The translations under genes and the position numbers were made by a program. From positions 1,156-65,155 of the IMG/VR virus record IMGVR_UViG_3300021957_000025: 64,000 bases of DNA; one strand, given 5' to 3'. Positions 1-10,534 of the stretch are shown in pieces. Within the stretch, counting starts at the first letter, position 1. Every line of letters begins with the position of its first letter. This stretch comes from a virus. Taxonomy: Duplodnaviria; Caudoviricetes. The notes below the pieces were generated by a model, which had not been told where the DNA came from, did no database searches, and worked only from the letters and a program-made list of their open reading frames with translations.

Positions 1-124
1 TAGAATGACCTTTCATCATGTCTCTTAGACCTTGAAGAAAGTTAATTGCACCACGACCACCCTCAATACCTTGATTGATGATTTCGTCTTCTAAATGTTC
101 TAAATGTAGGTTTTTTGCACTCAT
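1..124 (-). CDS. 5' part of a conserved T4-like marine phage protein (MSAKNLHLEHLEDEII...), truncated by the window edge
   Basis: Hand-translated. The KNxHLEHLED N-terminus is typical of a conserved cyanophage-type protein. Promoter lies immediately upstream. Confidence 0.75.
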   Translation of the reverse strand, partial: MSAKNLHLEHLEDEIINQGIEGGRGAINFLQGLRDMMKGHS

Positions 125-131
125 AGTAGGT

Positions 132-160
132 ATTATACACCAATTTGGTGTCCTTGTCTA
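132..160 (-). promoter_or_regulatory. sigma70-type promoter TAGACA-N17-TATAAT, with a late-type CATAAATA box just upstream
   Basis: Read directly. The -10 box is 7 nt from the ATG at 124. Confidence 0.7.
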
Positions 161-183
161 CTATTTATGTATTTTTTAGCTGT

Positions 184-573
184 CTAAGAACTTGCTAAGG
201 TCGTTTCACCAGCATCAACTCTAGATTGAATGTGGTTAAGGTCTGTGGTAATTGCATCAATTGAAGTCTGCAAGACTGTAGGTGTATCAGCATTCTGTTC
301 GATTGCATTTGCTGGAGAACCATTTTCTGTTGATGTACGTTCTGTGTACATATCTACAAACACTTGGTCTAAATCAGTTGTGTTAACACCTTGAGCATTG
401 TGCCAAACTAAAAATGCATCTCTTCCAGCTCCAGTCCATTCTGCTGGGGATGTATCTGATTTAGTTTCACCTACAAAATATGTTTTTTCAACCCCATTAT
501 GCCAATCGAGTTGGTTCTGTAGTGAATTTTTTTTAGTAGTTAATTCGCTGATTAGGTCTGTAAGTTCTGACAT
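184..573 (-). CDS. hypothetical protein (129 aa)
   Basis: ORF with GGAG Shine-Dalgarno (SD) and an upstream ATAAATA late box. Confidence 0.7.
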   Translation of the reverse strand: MSELTDLISELTTKKNSLQNQLDWHNGVEKTYFVGETKSDTSPAEWTGAGRDAFLVWHNAQGVNTTDLDQVFVDMYTERTSTENGSPANAIEQNADTPTVLQTSIDAITTDLNHIQSRVDAGETTLASS

Positions 574-603
574 GTATAACTCCGTATATGTTTACGTAAT
601 TAT

Positions 604-780
604 TTATGTTTTAGAGAGCGGTGTCGAGTGCAATTTGTCCTCGATTTTGTCAATTTTTTTGGTGAGTTTTTTTGTTGCAGATGTGTCGTGTTCCTTCTTT
701 GCTTCACGAAGTTTCTTTTTTAGTGCAATCTTTTCCTCGATTGCACTTATTACATCTGAGGATTTCAAGTTAGTAGTCAT
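604..780 (-). CDS. small Lys-rich coiled-coil hypothetical protein
   Basis: ORF 604..813. The start MTTNLK downstream of a TATAAATA box is more likely. Confidence 0.6.
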   Translation of the reverse strand: MTTNLKSSDVISAIEEKIALKKKLREAKKEHDTSATKKLTKKIDKIEDKLHSTPLSKT

Positions 781-794
781 AATATCATATGTAT

Positions 795-2315
795 TTATAG
801 CATCTCTGAACACCTATTATATGCTTCGGTGCCAGTAGTGAACTCAAAGGTTTCATTTGTAGTATAGTCTCTTCCAGTACATTCTTCTATAAGAGTTCCA
901 TTGCTCATCTGTTGTCTGAACATCCAGTTTCCTATGGTTGAATTACCACCTTCATATAAGTTAAAATCAAAATTATATAGAAGATATAGATTATTCTGTG
1001 AACCGCTCATGTTCATATCAATACTAGTGATATCGTTGTATAACTGAATTAGGTCTGTTGTGTATCTATTTGCCATTATGTAGGCTACATCATCGTTAAA
1101 GTAAGGATTATTAACAGTGTCATGTATTCTGTATTCAAATCCTCTAGTTGATGAGTTGTTGTCACGTACTTTAATCACACTTCTATACTCATCTCTGACA
1201 GCCAGTTCTACACTCATATCTCCAGTGAATTTTACGAATGTTTTCTCGTAGTTGTATCCACCAACTTCTTTTTGTTGTTCTACAGATATGTGTACCCTGT
1301 ATCCATCTACAATAGTTTCGTTGTCTTTGATGAGTTCTTCATAGTTCTCTGATATAAGAACCGATGAATTGGCTTCTAGATTTGCCATAGTAATTTCTAT
1401 AGGTGAACTTTCTTGGTCTAATATTTGACCAGTCGAATTACCCACTATACCATTAAAGTTGTGCCTACGGTTATATCTGAACCACTCATCTTCTTGTGTG
1501 CTTACAGTCTGATTTTGTATATCAAAAGTAACTGAAGAAAATGTTTCGTTATTAAGTATCTTACTGATAACATCTTCTGTTAAAAGACCCCTAAATCCCA
1601 TATTGTATTGGTCTTTAAGAACATTCTCAATCGTGTGTAGTGTGGTGAGAAAATCTACTACCTTTTCACCTATGGCTTGTTGTGTAGTATCTCCCGAGGC
1701 AATGAAATCATCGTAGAAATAGTATCTACTAATATTGAAATTGGTTTCCAAGTTATAGAGGAATGTGTCTACATCCCCTTGAATTGAGTATGCAATACTA
1801 TTTGCAGTAGAACCACATCCGTCTGCAACTGATATACTGCTACTCATTTGACTATTGATTGCAGTGAGTAACATGGTTGTGAATGGGGTGACATTTGCTT
1901 TATACGTACTATCACCGTGTGGGAAGTACATCATAGTATATGCACTTTCTACATACCCTCTTGTCGAATCGTATGCACCTATTGGTACTTCTGCAACCCT
2001 CGGGCGGGATAATCCACAGTTGGTGGTGAAGTTGCTTATTGCATCAAAATCTGATTCTAGAAACTCATATTCATTAGTATCAGAATTCCATACACCCGAG
2101 GGTTCTCCATCGTCCTGTGTCAAGTTGAAATTGAAATCAACAAAGACATTGGCACCTTCTACATATCCATCGATTACCTTAGTTCCGTAAATCGGGGATG
2201 ATGATACTGGTGGGGTTGATAAAGACTGTAATGATTGTAGTTCGGGTGAAGAACTTCCACCCCCGCCACAACTAACTAATACAGTAAGTATTGGTATAAT
2301 AATTAAATTTTTCAT
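795..2315 (-). CDS. large lipoprotein (probably outer membrane)
   Basis: MKNLIIIPILTVLVSC lipobox, GGGGSSS linker and a KVIDGYVEGANVFVDxNxNxxxDxGEP motif; GAGG SD. Confidence 0.75.
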   Translation of the reverse strand: MKNLIIIPILTVLVSCGGGGSSSPELQSLQSLSTPPVSSSPIYGTKVIDGYVEGANVFVDFNFNLTQDDGEPSGVWNSDTNEYEFLESDFDAISNFTTNCGLSRPRVAEVPIGAYDSTRGYVESAYTMMYFPHGDSTYKANVTPFTTMLLTAINSQMSSSISVADGCGSTANSIAYSIQGDVDTFLYNLETNFNISRYYFYDDFIASGDTTQQAIGEKVVDFLTTLHTIENVLKDQYNMGFRGLLTEDVISKILNNETFSSVTFDIQNQTVSTQEDEWFRYNRRHNFNGIVGNSTGQILDQESSPIEITMANLEANSSVLISENYEELIKDNETIVDGYRVHISVEQQKEVGGYNYEKTFVKFTGDMSVELAVRDEYRSVIKVRDNNSSTRGFEYRIHDTVNNPYFNDDVAYIMANRYTTDLIQLYNDITSIDMNMSGSQNNLYLLYNFDFNLYEGGNSTIGNWMFRQQMSNGTLIEECTGRDYTTNETFEFTTGTEAYNRCSEML

Positions 2316-2340
2316 AAGACCTCTCATAATCTATAGTATT

Positions 2341-2369
2341 ATTATACTACGATGACTATGATTAGTCAA
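2341..2369 (-). promoter_or_regulatory. sigma70 promoter TTGACT-N17-TATAAT for the lipoprotein gene
   Basis: Near-consensus boxes and spacing. Confidence 0.8.
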
Positions 2370-2375
2370 TGGGCT

Positions 2376-3104
2376 TTATCGGTTTCGGTAAGTTTCTCTA
2401 TCAAGCCTTGGGCGTGCTTTTGGGTTAGACCCTTTCTTATAATGGTCAATAGGTTTTAGACCTTTGGACATATCGATTTGACTTGCAGCTTCAACGATTT
2501 TTATATTACCCGACAATGTTATTCTAGGAGTAGCACACTTGTTGGGTGATACTGCATGAAAGATTGTCGAAGGAAAGATGTATAATGTCCCTTTATCTCT
2601 AATTTGTGGTACATAGTCTCGATGATTTTCATAAGCTCCTAGGAGCTCTTTTAGACATGCATCGCTATTGGTTGCATTCCTATTCTTAAACACAATATGA
2701 GAGTTTCCAGTTTCATGTACATAACACCATGAGAAATCAGAACAATTAGTACCTTGATGGTCATGGGAATCTTGAAATCCACCCTCATCGTATGTGTTAA
2801 TCCAAGGCATTTCCATCATACTGGTAATGTCACACTTGGGCCCCAGTAGACTCAAGAACTGCGTTTGGAACGTATCATAGATGATATCTAATATTGGTGC
2901 ATAATCTACTTGTAAATTTAGTTCAGAAGCTTGTGACGTTTTACAACTACTGTATGTAAATTCTTCTTCACATAATTCATCTAAATTTTTATCCTCAAAC
3001 CACTCATCAAATGGTGTTGGGTCTAGTTCTATTGCAGTTATAGGAACACCCCATAACAAATCATCAGACCTTGAATTCTGAAAAATCTCTTTTTTGTCCA
3101 TCAT
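2376..3104 (-). CDS. 2OG-Fe(II) oxygenase (TIGR02466-like)
   Basis: WIN..GGFQDSHDH, IFPSTIFHAV and RITLSGN motifs; probable start MMDKK with GAGG SD. Confidence 0.8.
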   Translation of the reverse strand: MMDKKEIFQNSRSDDLLWGVPITAIELDPTPFDEWFEDKNLDELCEEEFTYSSCKTSQASELNLQVDYAPILDIIYDTFQTQFLSLLGPKCDITSMMEMPWINTYDEGGFQDSHDHQGTNCSDFSWCYVHETGNSHIVFKNRNATNSDACLKELLGAYENHRDYVPQIRDKGTLYIFPSTIFHAVSPNKCATPRITLSGNIKIVEAASQIDMSKGLKPIDHYKKGSNPKARPRLDRETYRNR

Positions 3105-4461
3105 TTCTTCCTCTATCAAACACTGGTACTGAATCATCGACGGCTGAGTCTATCAGTTCTTCTTGTGCTTCTTGTTCACAGTCGTAGAGTTTCATTCTAC
3201 TTCTGTCGACACCAATAACAAACCTTTTGAATACGGTTGGGTCATTGTATCTATTCTTTAATTGTTTGACCACCATTTGGTCTAACTCTTCTAATTCATC
3301 ACTGGTAATCAGTGCAAACATGAAGTCTGCAGTCGCTGGTAATCCAAATGATTCTGAAGTATCAGTAAGTTCTACATCTGTAGAACCATATCCACTTCTT
3401 GTTGTTTGTGTTGCACTCATGATTGGTACATCAAACTCTACTGCAAGTCCTCTAAGTTCCTCTGCAATACTCTTTACTAGTGTATATGAGTTTGCACCAC
3501 TGCCTGGCTTGACTCTTGCACTTGAACATATATTTAGATAGTCGATATAAATCATATCGGGTTTGAAATCTTTCTTAATGTTCAGTTCTTGTAATAGATG
3601 TCGGAAGTGACCAACATGTGCTGATGCAGTAGGGTACTCTTTGACAATCAATTTACCTTTGGTCTTCTCTTTGATTTTGTCAATCTTCTTATCAAATTGT
3701 GTCTTAGATAAGTCGGGCAAGTCTTTCATAGGGATGTTCAATGTGTTTGAATCTATCCTCTCTGCAATCCTTTCCTCTGACATTTCAAGTGTGATATAAA
3801 GTACATTCTTGTTCATCATCAAGTTGGCTGATGCCATGTGACACATAAACAGTGACTTACCAACACCAGTACCAGCAAGACATATGTTTAGAGTCTTGTT
3901 GGGAAGACCACCTTTGGTAACCTTGTTGAAGTATTCCAAGTCAAATGGAAGTTTTTCTTCTTCAGTGTGGTAGAATTCGAATCTATCATCTGAGTTTTCA
4001 ATGAAATCGTGACCAATGTTAGTGTCAAACGATACAGATAAAGCTTCTTTTAAAAGGTCGGGTATTTCTCCAGTCGAACGTTGGGACTTTTTGTCGATGA
4101 CTTCGATACTGTCCATGACTGCAATATAGATTGCTCTATCTTGACACCATTTCTCAGTTTCTTCTACCAACCATTCGGTTGGAGTCTCTTCACTGTCCTT
4201 ACTAATACTATCTACAATAGTTTTTGCGTTCGATAACTGTCCGTCATTAAGAGACGTATTGTTATCAAGATTTATGAGAAGTGCTTCCACTGTAGGTGGT
4301 TTAGTGTACTTATCGAAGTATGAAACTACTTCGTTGAACACAGTCTTCTCGTCCGACTCGGAGAAATACTCTTCCTTAAGGAATGGTATTACCTTCCTTG
4401 TAAAAGATTCACTCTGAACTAAGTTCTTCAGTATCGTCTGTTCTAGTCTCACTTGTTCCAT
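3064..4461 (-). CDS. gp41: replicative DNA helicase
   Basis: LAGTGVGKS Walker A, IDYLNI, SATQTTR and KQLKNRY motifs. Confidence 0.95.
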   Translation of the reverse strand: MEQVRLEQTILKNLVQSESFTRKVIPFLKEEYFSESDEKTVFNEVVSYFDKYTKPPTVEALLINLDNNTSLNDGQLSNAKTIVDSISKDSEETPTEWLVEETEKWCQDRAIYIAVMDSIEVIDKKSQRSTGEIPDLLKEALSVSFDTNIGHDFIENSDDRFEFYHTEEEKLPFDLEYFNKVTKGGLPNKTLNICLAGTGVGKSLFMCHMASANLMMNKNVLYITLEMSEERIAERIDSNTLNIPMKDLPDLSKTQFDKKIDKIKEKTKGKLIVKEYPTASAHVGHFRHLLQELNIKKDFKPDMIYIDYLNICSSARVKPGSGANSYTLVKSIAEELRGLAVEFDVPIMSATQTTRSGYGSTDVELTDTSESFGLPATADFMFALITSDELEELDQMVVKQLKNRYNDPTVFKRFVIGVDRSRMKLYDCEQEAQEELIDSAVDDSVPVFDRGRNDGQKRDFSEFKV

Positions 4462-5464
4462 ACTTAAAATATTCCTGTGCTTTCTTCTCGAGCAGTTCCA
4501 TCACATCGGGTGTGAAGTACTTCTCGGGATTATTATTAATCGTCTTTCCGAAATCGGTTTTACCTGTAGGTAGTTTAACACGAGTTCCTTCTTTTGTAAA
4601 GACGCCAAATGCAAGTGCCATGTCTAATAGACCATAGTACCTATCTAATCCTTTTTCATAAGAAAGTCTAACATCCACTATTCTATTTTCTACAGTCAAT
4701 CTTGACTTTGCATTCTTACAGTGAATGATATTTCCGATTATCTCTGTCCCATCCTTCTCTTTCTTTTTAGATAGATAGATGATAGACGATGCAGCGTACT
4801 TGAGTCCACTACCACCACCCATTTCTTTCTGAGGGAACATAGAACCAATCACATCATATGTGTGGTTTGTGACAATCATAGGAACACCAACTCGACCAAG
4901 TTTCAAAGTTAGAACTCTAAATGCACCTTTTACAATTTGTGCTCGAGTCATATCCTTTGTCTCTTTACCTTCTGCAGTATCTTCGATTTCTTTGGTTGTT
5001 GATAACATACCAAGTGAATCTAAACACATCATCAAAGGTGGACGTTTGGATTTTGGGGTTTCAGCATACTTATCCAGTATACTAATCGATTGAGTTCTGA
5101 ATTCTTGTACAGTAACCACTGGGACAATAATCATCCTAGAGGAATCAATTCCCCTAGATTCAATCATATCCTTTGATATTGCTGACTCAGACTCAAAGTA
5201 TATAACTGCAGAATCGGGATTATCAGATAGGAATTGTTTTACTATGCCTAATGCAAAGTATGTTTTACCTGTTGCTGATTCTCCTGCGATTGCAGTAATT
5301 TTGTTGTCGGGAAGTCCACCGTATAGTGAACCACTTAATAGTGCATTGAAAATGTGACTACCTGTGTCTACAAAGGTATCAACATCTCCAGCTGCAACAC
5401 CGTCCGAAACAATATTTGCATATTCGTTTCCCGATGCTTTTACTAAATCTTTAATAAATGACAT
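4409..5464 (-). CDS. uvsX: RecA-like recombinase UvsX
   Basis: [15 protein letters not shown] and [12 protein letters not shown] motifs; adjacent to gp41. Confidence 0.95.
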   Translation of the reverse strand: MSFIKDLVKASGNEYANIVSDGVAAGDVDTFVDTGSHIFNALLSGSLYGGLPDNKITAIAGESATGKTYFALGIVKQFLSDNPDSAVIYFESESAISKDMIESRGIDSSRMIIVPVVTVQEFRTQSISILDKYAETPKSKRPPLMMCLDSLGMLSTTKEIEDTAEGKETKDMTRAQIVKGAFRVLTLKLGRVGVPMIVTNHTYDVIGSMFPQKEMGGGSGLKYAASSIIYLSKKKEKDGTEIIGNIIHCKNAKSRLTVENRIVDVRLSYEKGLDRYYGLLDMALAFGVFTKEGTRVKLPTGKTDFGKTINNNPEKYFTPDVMELLEKKAQEYFKYGTSETRTDDTEELSSE

Positions 5465-5488
5465 AACACTTCTCCATAATGTATATCC

Positions 5489-5517
5489 ATTATAGACTAT
5501 GTTTGGGGTTTGTGCAA
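5489..5517 (-). promoter_or_regulatory. sigma70 promoter TTGCAC-N17-TATAAT for uvsX-gp41
   Basis: Read directly. Confidence 0.75.
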
Positions 5518-5524
5518 GGGGGTT

Positions 5525-5704
5525 TTAAAGTTTTTTTTCTATATTAGATAACTTTTTACCAACTTCAGACATTTTTTTGTCGAACCTAGTATGTTCCTTC
5601 ATCATAGCCTTTAACTCTGACATTCCTAATTCCAAGTGGATTATGAATCCGAATATTGCACATATCATTGCAATATAGAAACAATCCATTGGTGATATAG
5701 GCAC
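5525..5704 (-). CDS. small membrane-anchored coiled-coil protein (59 aa, GTG start)
   Basis: Hand-translated MPISPMDCFYIAMICAIFGFIIHLELG...; start overlaps the upstream stop; absent from the ORF track. Confidence 0.6.
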   Translation of the reverse strand: MPISPMDCFYIAMICAIFGFIIHLELGMSELKAMMKEHTRFDKKMSEVGKKLSNIEKKL

Positions 5705-6165
5705 TACAATACCTCGTCAATCTGTTCTTGAGTGACGACTCCTTTCTCCATTAGAAGCTTTCTATGCTCCATGTGACGTTCTGTTGTGGTGTCTTTATTC
5801 TCACCAGTATATTCCACTGCATGATGGTCAAGAATCATTTGTTTGTTGACATTGATGACTGATTCATCTTCGTTATGAACAAATAACTCTCCAAGTATGC
5901 GTCCGAATTTTCCTTTGTCGTGACTAACGAGGGTAATATTACCTTCTGATAGAAGATGTGTAAGATGTTTTTTAGATGCTTTACCAAACAATTTCTCCAC
6001 TAGGTCTCTTGTTCTTGATTCGGGTGTATCTATACCCATTAGACGCACTCTCTGTTTTTTTAGAACAGTAGAGAAGCCTAAGTCTATGTTGACATCAACT
6101 GTGTCGCCATCGACTATTTTAGTTATCGTAACGTGAAATTCACTTTGTTTAAAATATGTGGCCAT
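5704..6165 (-). CDS. thermonuclease (SNase-like)
   Basis: IVDGDTVD, RVRLMGIDTPE and KGKFGRILG motifs; start MATYF is 5 nt after TAAATA. Confidence 0.9.
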   Translation of the reverse strand: MATYFKQSEFHVTITKIVDGDTVDVNIDLGFSTVLKKQRVRLMGIDTPESRTRDLVEKLFGKASKKHLTHLLSEGNITLVSHDKGKFGRILGELFVHNEDESVINVNKQMILDHHAVEYTGENKDTTTERHMEHRKLLMEKGVVTQEQIDEVL

Positions 6166-6169
6166 GTGA

Positions 6170-6592
6170 TTATTTAGGATAATTGTGTCTGCGATGTTCC
6201 AACTTGGTATCGTAATCAATCATTGCCTTTTTGATTGCGTCTTCGGCAAGAACAGAACAATGAAGTTTAATCGGCGGAAGGTCTAACGCATCAGCGATGT
6301 CTTTATCCTTAATTAGTTTAGCTTCTTCGATAGTCTTACCCATCATCATATCAACAAACATGGACGAACTTGCAATTGCACTTCCACATCCATAGGTTTT
6401 AAACTTTACGTCAATGATTTTTTCATCATCGTCCAGTAATAATTGCAATTGCATTACATCACCACAGGCTGGTGCGCCTGCAAGTCCTGTTGCAACATGT
6501 GGGTCGTCTTTGTCTAATCGACCTACGGAGTGTTTTTTGGGGTTCGCAAGTACTGCTTCAAATCTTTGAACTACTTCTTTTGAGTATGCCAT
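6170..6592 (-). CDS. iscU: Fe-S cluster scaffold IscU
   Basis: GAPACGDVM, FKTYGCGSAIASSS and LPPIKLHCSVLAEDAI; all three Cys ligands present. Confidence 0.95.
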   Translation of the reverse strand: MAYSKEVVQRFEAVLANPKKHSVGRLDKDDPHVATGLAGAPACGDVMQLQLLLDDDEKIIDVKFKTYGCGSAIASSSMFVDMMMGKTIEEAKLIKDKDIADALDLPPIKLHCSVLAEDAIKKAMIDYDTKLEHRRHNYPK

Positions 6593-6600
6593 AACGTTAT

Positions 6601-9093
6601 TTATCCGAAAAAAGAATCTAGCGAAGCAACTGGTTCAACATTCCAGCCAATCTTTTCTATAACCACCTTCAATGGTTCTATGAATGACTTGTCGAATTGC
6701 ATATCATAATCGATATACTTATGCAAGTCGAACTCCTTTGGTAGAACGTTCATAAATGATATGACGTTCTCATTGATTGGATTCGGTGTTGTGAGATAAG
6801 TGAAGTGTAGTTTCTCTCCACTCTTAATCAACTCATAACGCTTGTGAATATTCTTCTTAGTTAGATGATGATTGTAAAGTAATGCACCGCGTACGTGTAT
6901 GGGTGTACCCTTTCCGTAAATCATCGATGGGTCTGCATACTGTCCTAGGTTATTACAACCCCTAGGTGAAGACATGTCTTCGGGTGGTAACCTACGGAAG
7001 TCCATACGAGCATTCTCTACGAAATCCCATAGTTCTTCTTCGTCACCTTGCATAACAATCTTGAATGCATCTGTAAGTTTACCTCTAACCCATTGTGGTG
7101 TACTGGACTTTGCAGTCTCAATACCCATCATCTTGAGTTTAGGTTCGGCTAGTCGGACTCCTTCGTTGTCGATGACGTTGAGGATGTATCTTTTCTTTGC
7201 AGTCCAAATCCCACGGTCTGCGATGACCTCTCTCCCCATCTCCATCTTTTGTTCGAAGGCATTTGTGTATTTTGCAAGTTCTTGGAAACCTTTGTCAAGA
7301 ACGTCTTCCATGTGTGACTTTGCGATTGAGTCGATGAAGTTTGTAATTTTTTGTTTATCAGTCTCATTAGGCATTACCTGCTGTATCAGTTTGTCTAGTG
7401 TAATATAAACAGAATCGGTATCCATTGCAACAACATAGTCTTCATCTGTCTTAAGTGTGGTATTTAACCAATCATTGATTGTCTTCTCTGCATGTTTAAT
7501 AATCAGCTGACCCGACAATGTGATTGCCTCTGCAAGTTGTGGGTCAAAGAATGCAAAGTATTGGTTTGCCAAAGCACCATATGCTGAGTTCAAAGCAATC
7601 TTCCTAACCTGTTGGTTATTGTAAGAACGTTTGATTAATGTGTTGAGTTCGTTCTTACGTTTCCTATCTGTACAAGTTTGTAGTTCCTTCTGATACCCAA
7701 TCATTTTACCCTTCCACATCTTACGTTCGTCATAGAACTTCTGCATAAGTTCGGGAAGGAATCCTTGTTTATCGTTTGAGAACCTAGCCCCGTTTGGTGT
7801 GATACCGAGTGCGCCATCAACAATCGTTTCCTTGTTGAATAATTTTTCTACGGATGTATCGGTCAATCCTCTCTGCATTTTCTCGGGTGAGATATTGTAC
7901 TGCATGATGATATGTGGATACAGTGAGTTCAAATCGAATGAGACAACCCATTCATGTTTACCCACGATAGGTTCTTTGACATATGCACCTTGGATTCTAT
8001 CACCTTTTGTTTGTGACAGCTTCTGTGGTGGTGTTGCAATTTTCTGTTCCTTCAGAAAGTTATAGATGATTGTTTCCCAATACTTAACCATACCAAAAGT
8101 GTCGTTGTAATTACACTTAGCATTGTAAGACATTGCAAGAATCAATTCCATCAAACCTAGTTTCTCCTCTAGGTCTTCTACCAAGGTAACATCCTTTACG
8201 TTGTAAGCAAGGAACTTGGAATAATTGTTTCTGTATAGATGGTGAAGAGAACCTTCCTCTTCATATGATATCTTTGATTTACCTAGTTCCACATTTGCAA
8301 TGTGGTCTAGTCTGTATGACTCTTGGTTTACAAAAGTATGTTTTTTGTAAAGCTCTAGGTAATCAATGACATTGATTCCATACAGATTAAAGACCTGTTG
8401 GGTAGAACCCCAGTTGGTCTTGAACTCTCTGACATCACACATGTTCCATGGTGAAAACTTTCTATGTGATTCCGAACCGAATACTCTGTCCACACGATTA
8501 CAAAGGTAAGTGATGTCAAAAGTATTAACGTTCCAACCAGTAATGATGTCGAACTTTTCTTTTCTCCAGTACTTGATGAACTGTTCAAGTAGGTCTTTCT
8601 CATCCTGTGCTTCATGATAATGTACGGAAGCTGGTGCTTCGTCCCACGGCCCAATTCCGAATGTATGAGCCATAAATCTAAAAGGTTTGATGGTGATTGC
8701 GTTTACTTTTTCCAAAGCTTGCATGGGTTCGGGAAACCCATCTTCACATTCACACTCAATATCTAGTGTTGCAATCTTGATAACTTTTGGGTCATACTTG
8801 ATGTCCCCTTGAAACTTATCAGCAATGTATGTATAGATGTATCTATCATACCCATGGATTTCCATCCCTGCTGTTCCAGCAAACTTCTCTCGGAACTTTC
8901 TTGCACCACCCATTGAACTGAGATTAACAGCCTCAAGGTTCTTCCCATCCAATGATTTGAATGCAGAAGGTTTTTTGGTTGGGACGTAATGATTAGGACG
9001 GTAGTCCACAGACATTTGAACCTGTTTCTTACCTTGATAACCTTTTACGAGTATTTTGTCGCGAGTTCGACACACATTAGTATAAAAATCCAT
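6601..9093 (-). CDS. gp43: family B DNA polymerase
   Basis: LDIE exonuclease motif, SFDLNSLYP, KIALNSAYG, DTDS and KKRY; uninterrupted. Confidence 0.97.
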   Translation of the reverse strand: MDFYTNVCRTRDKILVKGYQGKKQVQMSVDYRPNHYVPTKKPSAFKSLDGKNLEAVNLSSMGGARKFREKFAGTAGMEIHGYDRYIYTYIADKFQGDIKYDPKVIKIATLDIECECEDGFPEPMQALEKVNAITIKPFRFMAHTFGIGPWDEAPASVHYHEAQDEKDLLEQFIKYWRKEKFDIITGWNVNTFDITYLCNRVDRVFGSESHRKFSPWNMCDVREFKTNWGSTQQVFNLYGINVIDYLELYKKHTFVNQESYRLDHIANVELGKSKISYEEEGSLHHLYRNNYSKFLAYNVKDVTLVEDLEEKLGLMELILAMSYNAKCNYNDTFGMVKYWETIIYNFLKEQKIATPPQKLSQTKGDRIQGAYVKEPIVGKHEWVVSFDLNSLYPHIIMQYNISPEKMQRGLTDTSVEKLFNKETIVDGALGITPNGARFSNDKQGFLPELMQKFYDERKMWKGKMIGYQKELQTCTDRKRKNELNTLIKRSYNNQQVRKIALNSAYGALANQYFAFFDPQLAEAITLSGQLIIKHAEKTINDWLNTTLKTDEDYVVAMDTDSVYITLDKLIQQVMPNETDKQKITNFIDSIAKSHMEDVLDKGFQELAKYTNAFEQKMEMGREVIADRGIWTAKKRYILNVIDNEGVRLAEPKLKMMGIETAKSSTPQWVRGKLTDAFKIVMQGDEEELWDFVENARMDFRRLPPEDMSSPRGCNNLGQYADPSMIYGKGTPIHVRGALLYNHHLTKKNIHKRYELIKSGEKLHFTYLTTPNPINENVISFMNVLPKEFDLHKYIDYDMQFDKSFIEPLKVVIEKIGWNVEPVASLDSFFG

Positions 9094-9099
9094 ACTGTT

Positions 9100-9128
9100 A
9101 TTATAACAGAAAGAGGTCTATTCTACAA
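9100..9128 (-). promoter_or_regulatory. sigma70-type promoter TTGTAG-N17-TATAAT, 6 nt before the gp43 ATG
   Basis: Read directly; extended -10 (TG) present; no SD. Confidence 0.65.
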
Positions 9129-9339
9129 GTGTTTTTTTGGTTGGATGTAGTAATTCTTTTACTGATTTTAGCTTATCTTGAGCATCTGCAAGTTTCTCAA
9201 CTTCTGCATCTACTGCCTGAACGATATCAGAATGTTCTCCGATACCTGCTGGGTTTTGTTGGTAGACTTGAATGTTTGCAGTGTGTACTGCAATATCACC
9301 TTCGTACTTCTTTTCTAATGCTCTTAATATATCTGCCAC
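9118..9339 (-). CDS. conserved T4-like marine phage hypothetical protein
   Basis: NPAGIGEHSDIV motif, typical of the small gene next to gp43. Confidence 0.8.
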   Translation of the reverse strand: MADILRALEKKYEGDIAVHTANIQVYQQNPAGIGEHSDIVQAVDAEVEKLADAQDKLKSVKELLHPTKKTLVE

Positions 9340-9340
9340 T

Positions 9341-9607
9341 TTATTTATTTCCAGTTAACACCTTGTAGTTTTGTGCAAGGTTTGGTCTAGGTTCAAAACA
9401 AGACACTACTCTGACTTTAGAAATCTTAAAAGTATAGTCCTTTGCATAAGGTATCCATGGAGCTAAACCAACTTCCATTTGACCACCTTGAATCTCAACA
9501 ATACAAGCATGTGCTTCTTCTACTACGTACTTGAATAATTTTTCTGTCACTTTACCAATAACGACATCTCCGTTTTCTAAACGGAGACATTTGATAGGGT
9601 TAGACAT
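9341..9607 (-). CDS. Sm-like fold hypothetical protein
   Basis: IKCLRLENGDVVIG...LAPWIPY pattern. Confidence 0.65.
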   Translation of the reverse strand: MSNPIKCLRLENGDVVIGKVTEKLFKYVVEEAHACIVEIQGGQMEVGLAPWIPYAKDYTFKISKVRVVSCFEPRPNLAQNYKVLTGNK

Positions 9608-10055
9608 TTAGTACTGACTCCTGTAATTCAACTGAACGTCTTCCGACTTGTCTGAACCAACGAGAGTCTTCCATTTCGACTGCCATTTTTTTCCAGTCTT
9701 CTGATACAACTGCTTTCCACATGTTGTTGAACTTACCAAAACGACTTCCACCTAAGTTGAATGTCATGTTGACTAGTACATGTTGAATGTCTTCGGGTAA
9801 AGAATAGAAATCCTTTCCACCTTTTGATTCAAACACATGGATTGTTTCATCTACGTGTTTATCAAAATCTGCTTCGTAGTATGCATCTACTACTGATTGT
9901 GATACTGGAGTTCCTGCTGGTTGTCCATGTTCTGCATCACCTTCTTTAATTAGATGTCCAACACCAAGTGTTAGATATCCTAATGAGTCTGCGTATACTT
10001 CAAGTACCTCGCCCTCATGACGCTTAATTTGTGCTTTCAATACTTCTTTATTCAT
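9600..10055 (-). CDS. T4-lysozyme-family muramidase (GH24)
   Basis: HEG...YADSLGYLT gives E-x8-D-x5-T spacing as in T4 lysozyme; SRWFRQVGRR. Confidence 0.9.
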   Translation of the reverse strand: MNKEVLKAQIKRHEGEVLEVYADSLGYLTLGVGHLIKEGDAEHGQPAGTPVSQSVVDAYYEADFDKHVDETIHVFESKGGKDFYSLPEDIQHVLVNMTFNLGGSRFGKFNNMWKAVVSEDWKKMAVEMEDSRWFRQVGRRSVELQESVLNV

Positions 10056-10071
10056 TGATTAATCCTTACTG

Positions 10072-10236
10072 TTATGCTGGGTCGGGTGGAGTATCAGTCT
10101 TCTCTACCCATGTGTAAGTTGAGTAGACTACTTTAAGTTCTTCAACAAGGCCTTCTTCACAGGAGAAAATATACATTTCCTGTCCTTCCTCTACCGTGTC
10201 GCTTGTTAATCTAAATTTATGATGTTCTAGTGCCAT
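10072..10236 (-). CDS. small acidic hypothetical protein (54 aa)
   Basis: Hand-translated MALEHHKFRLTSDTVEEGQEMY...; fills the gap between neighbours. Confidence 0.55.
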   Translation of the reverse strand: MALEHHKFRLTSDTVEEGQEMYIFSCEEGLVEELKVVYSTYTWVEKTDTPPDPA

Positions 10237-10534
10237 CTTCTTTCTCCCTCTTCATTTGTTCCTCGACAAGTTCCATTAATATGTCACCCATGAGGTCGTT
10301 TAATTCACTATTATTTAGGAGTTCCTCAAGTCCAATATCCGTCTTTTCCTGGCCATGTGGAAATCTTCTTATAGTTCTTGTGAAGTTAATATTTGGTTTA
10401 CCTTCTTCGAATTGTATCTTACCATATTGGTATACAAGTCCGTCCCATTCTCCACCTGTTAGTTCGATGGCTGCATCATCCTCATTGGGATTCTCTACGA
10501 CCATGTAGACTTTCTTATGAAATAATTCTGTCAT
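10217..10534 (-). CDS. conserved T4-like hypothetical protein
   Basis: AIELTGGEWDGLVYQYGKI...MGDILMEL pattern; probable start MTELF. Confidence 0.7.
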   Translation of the reverse strand: MTELFHKKVYMVVENPNEDDAAIELTGGEWDGLVYQYGKIQFEEGKPNINFTRTIRRFPHGQEKTDIGLEELLNNSELNDLMGDILMELVEEQMKREKEDGTRTS

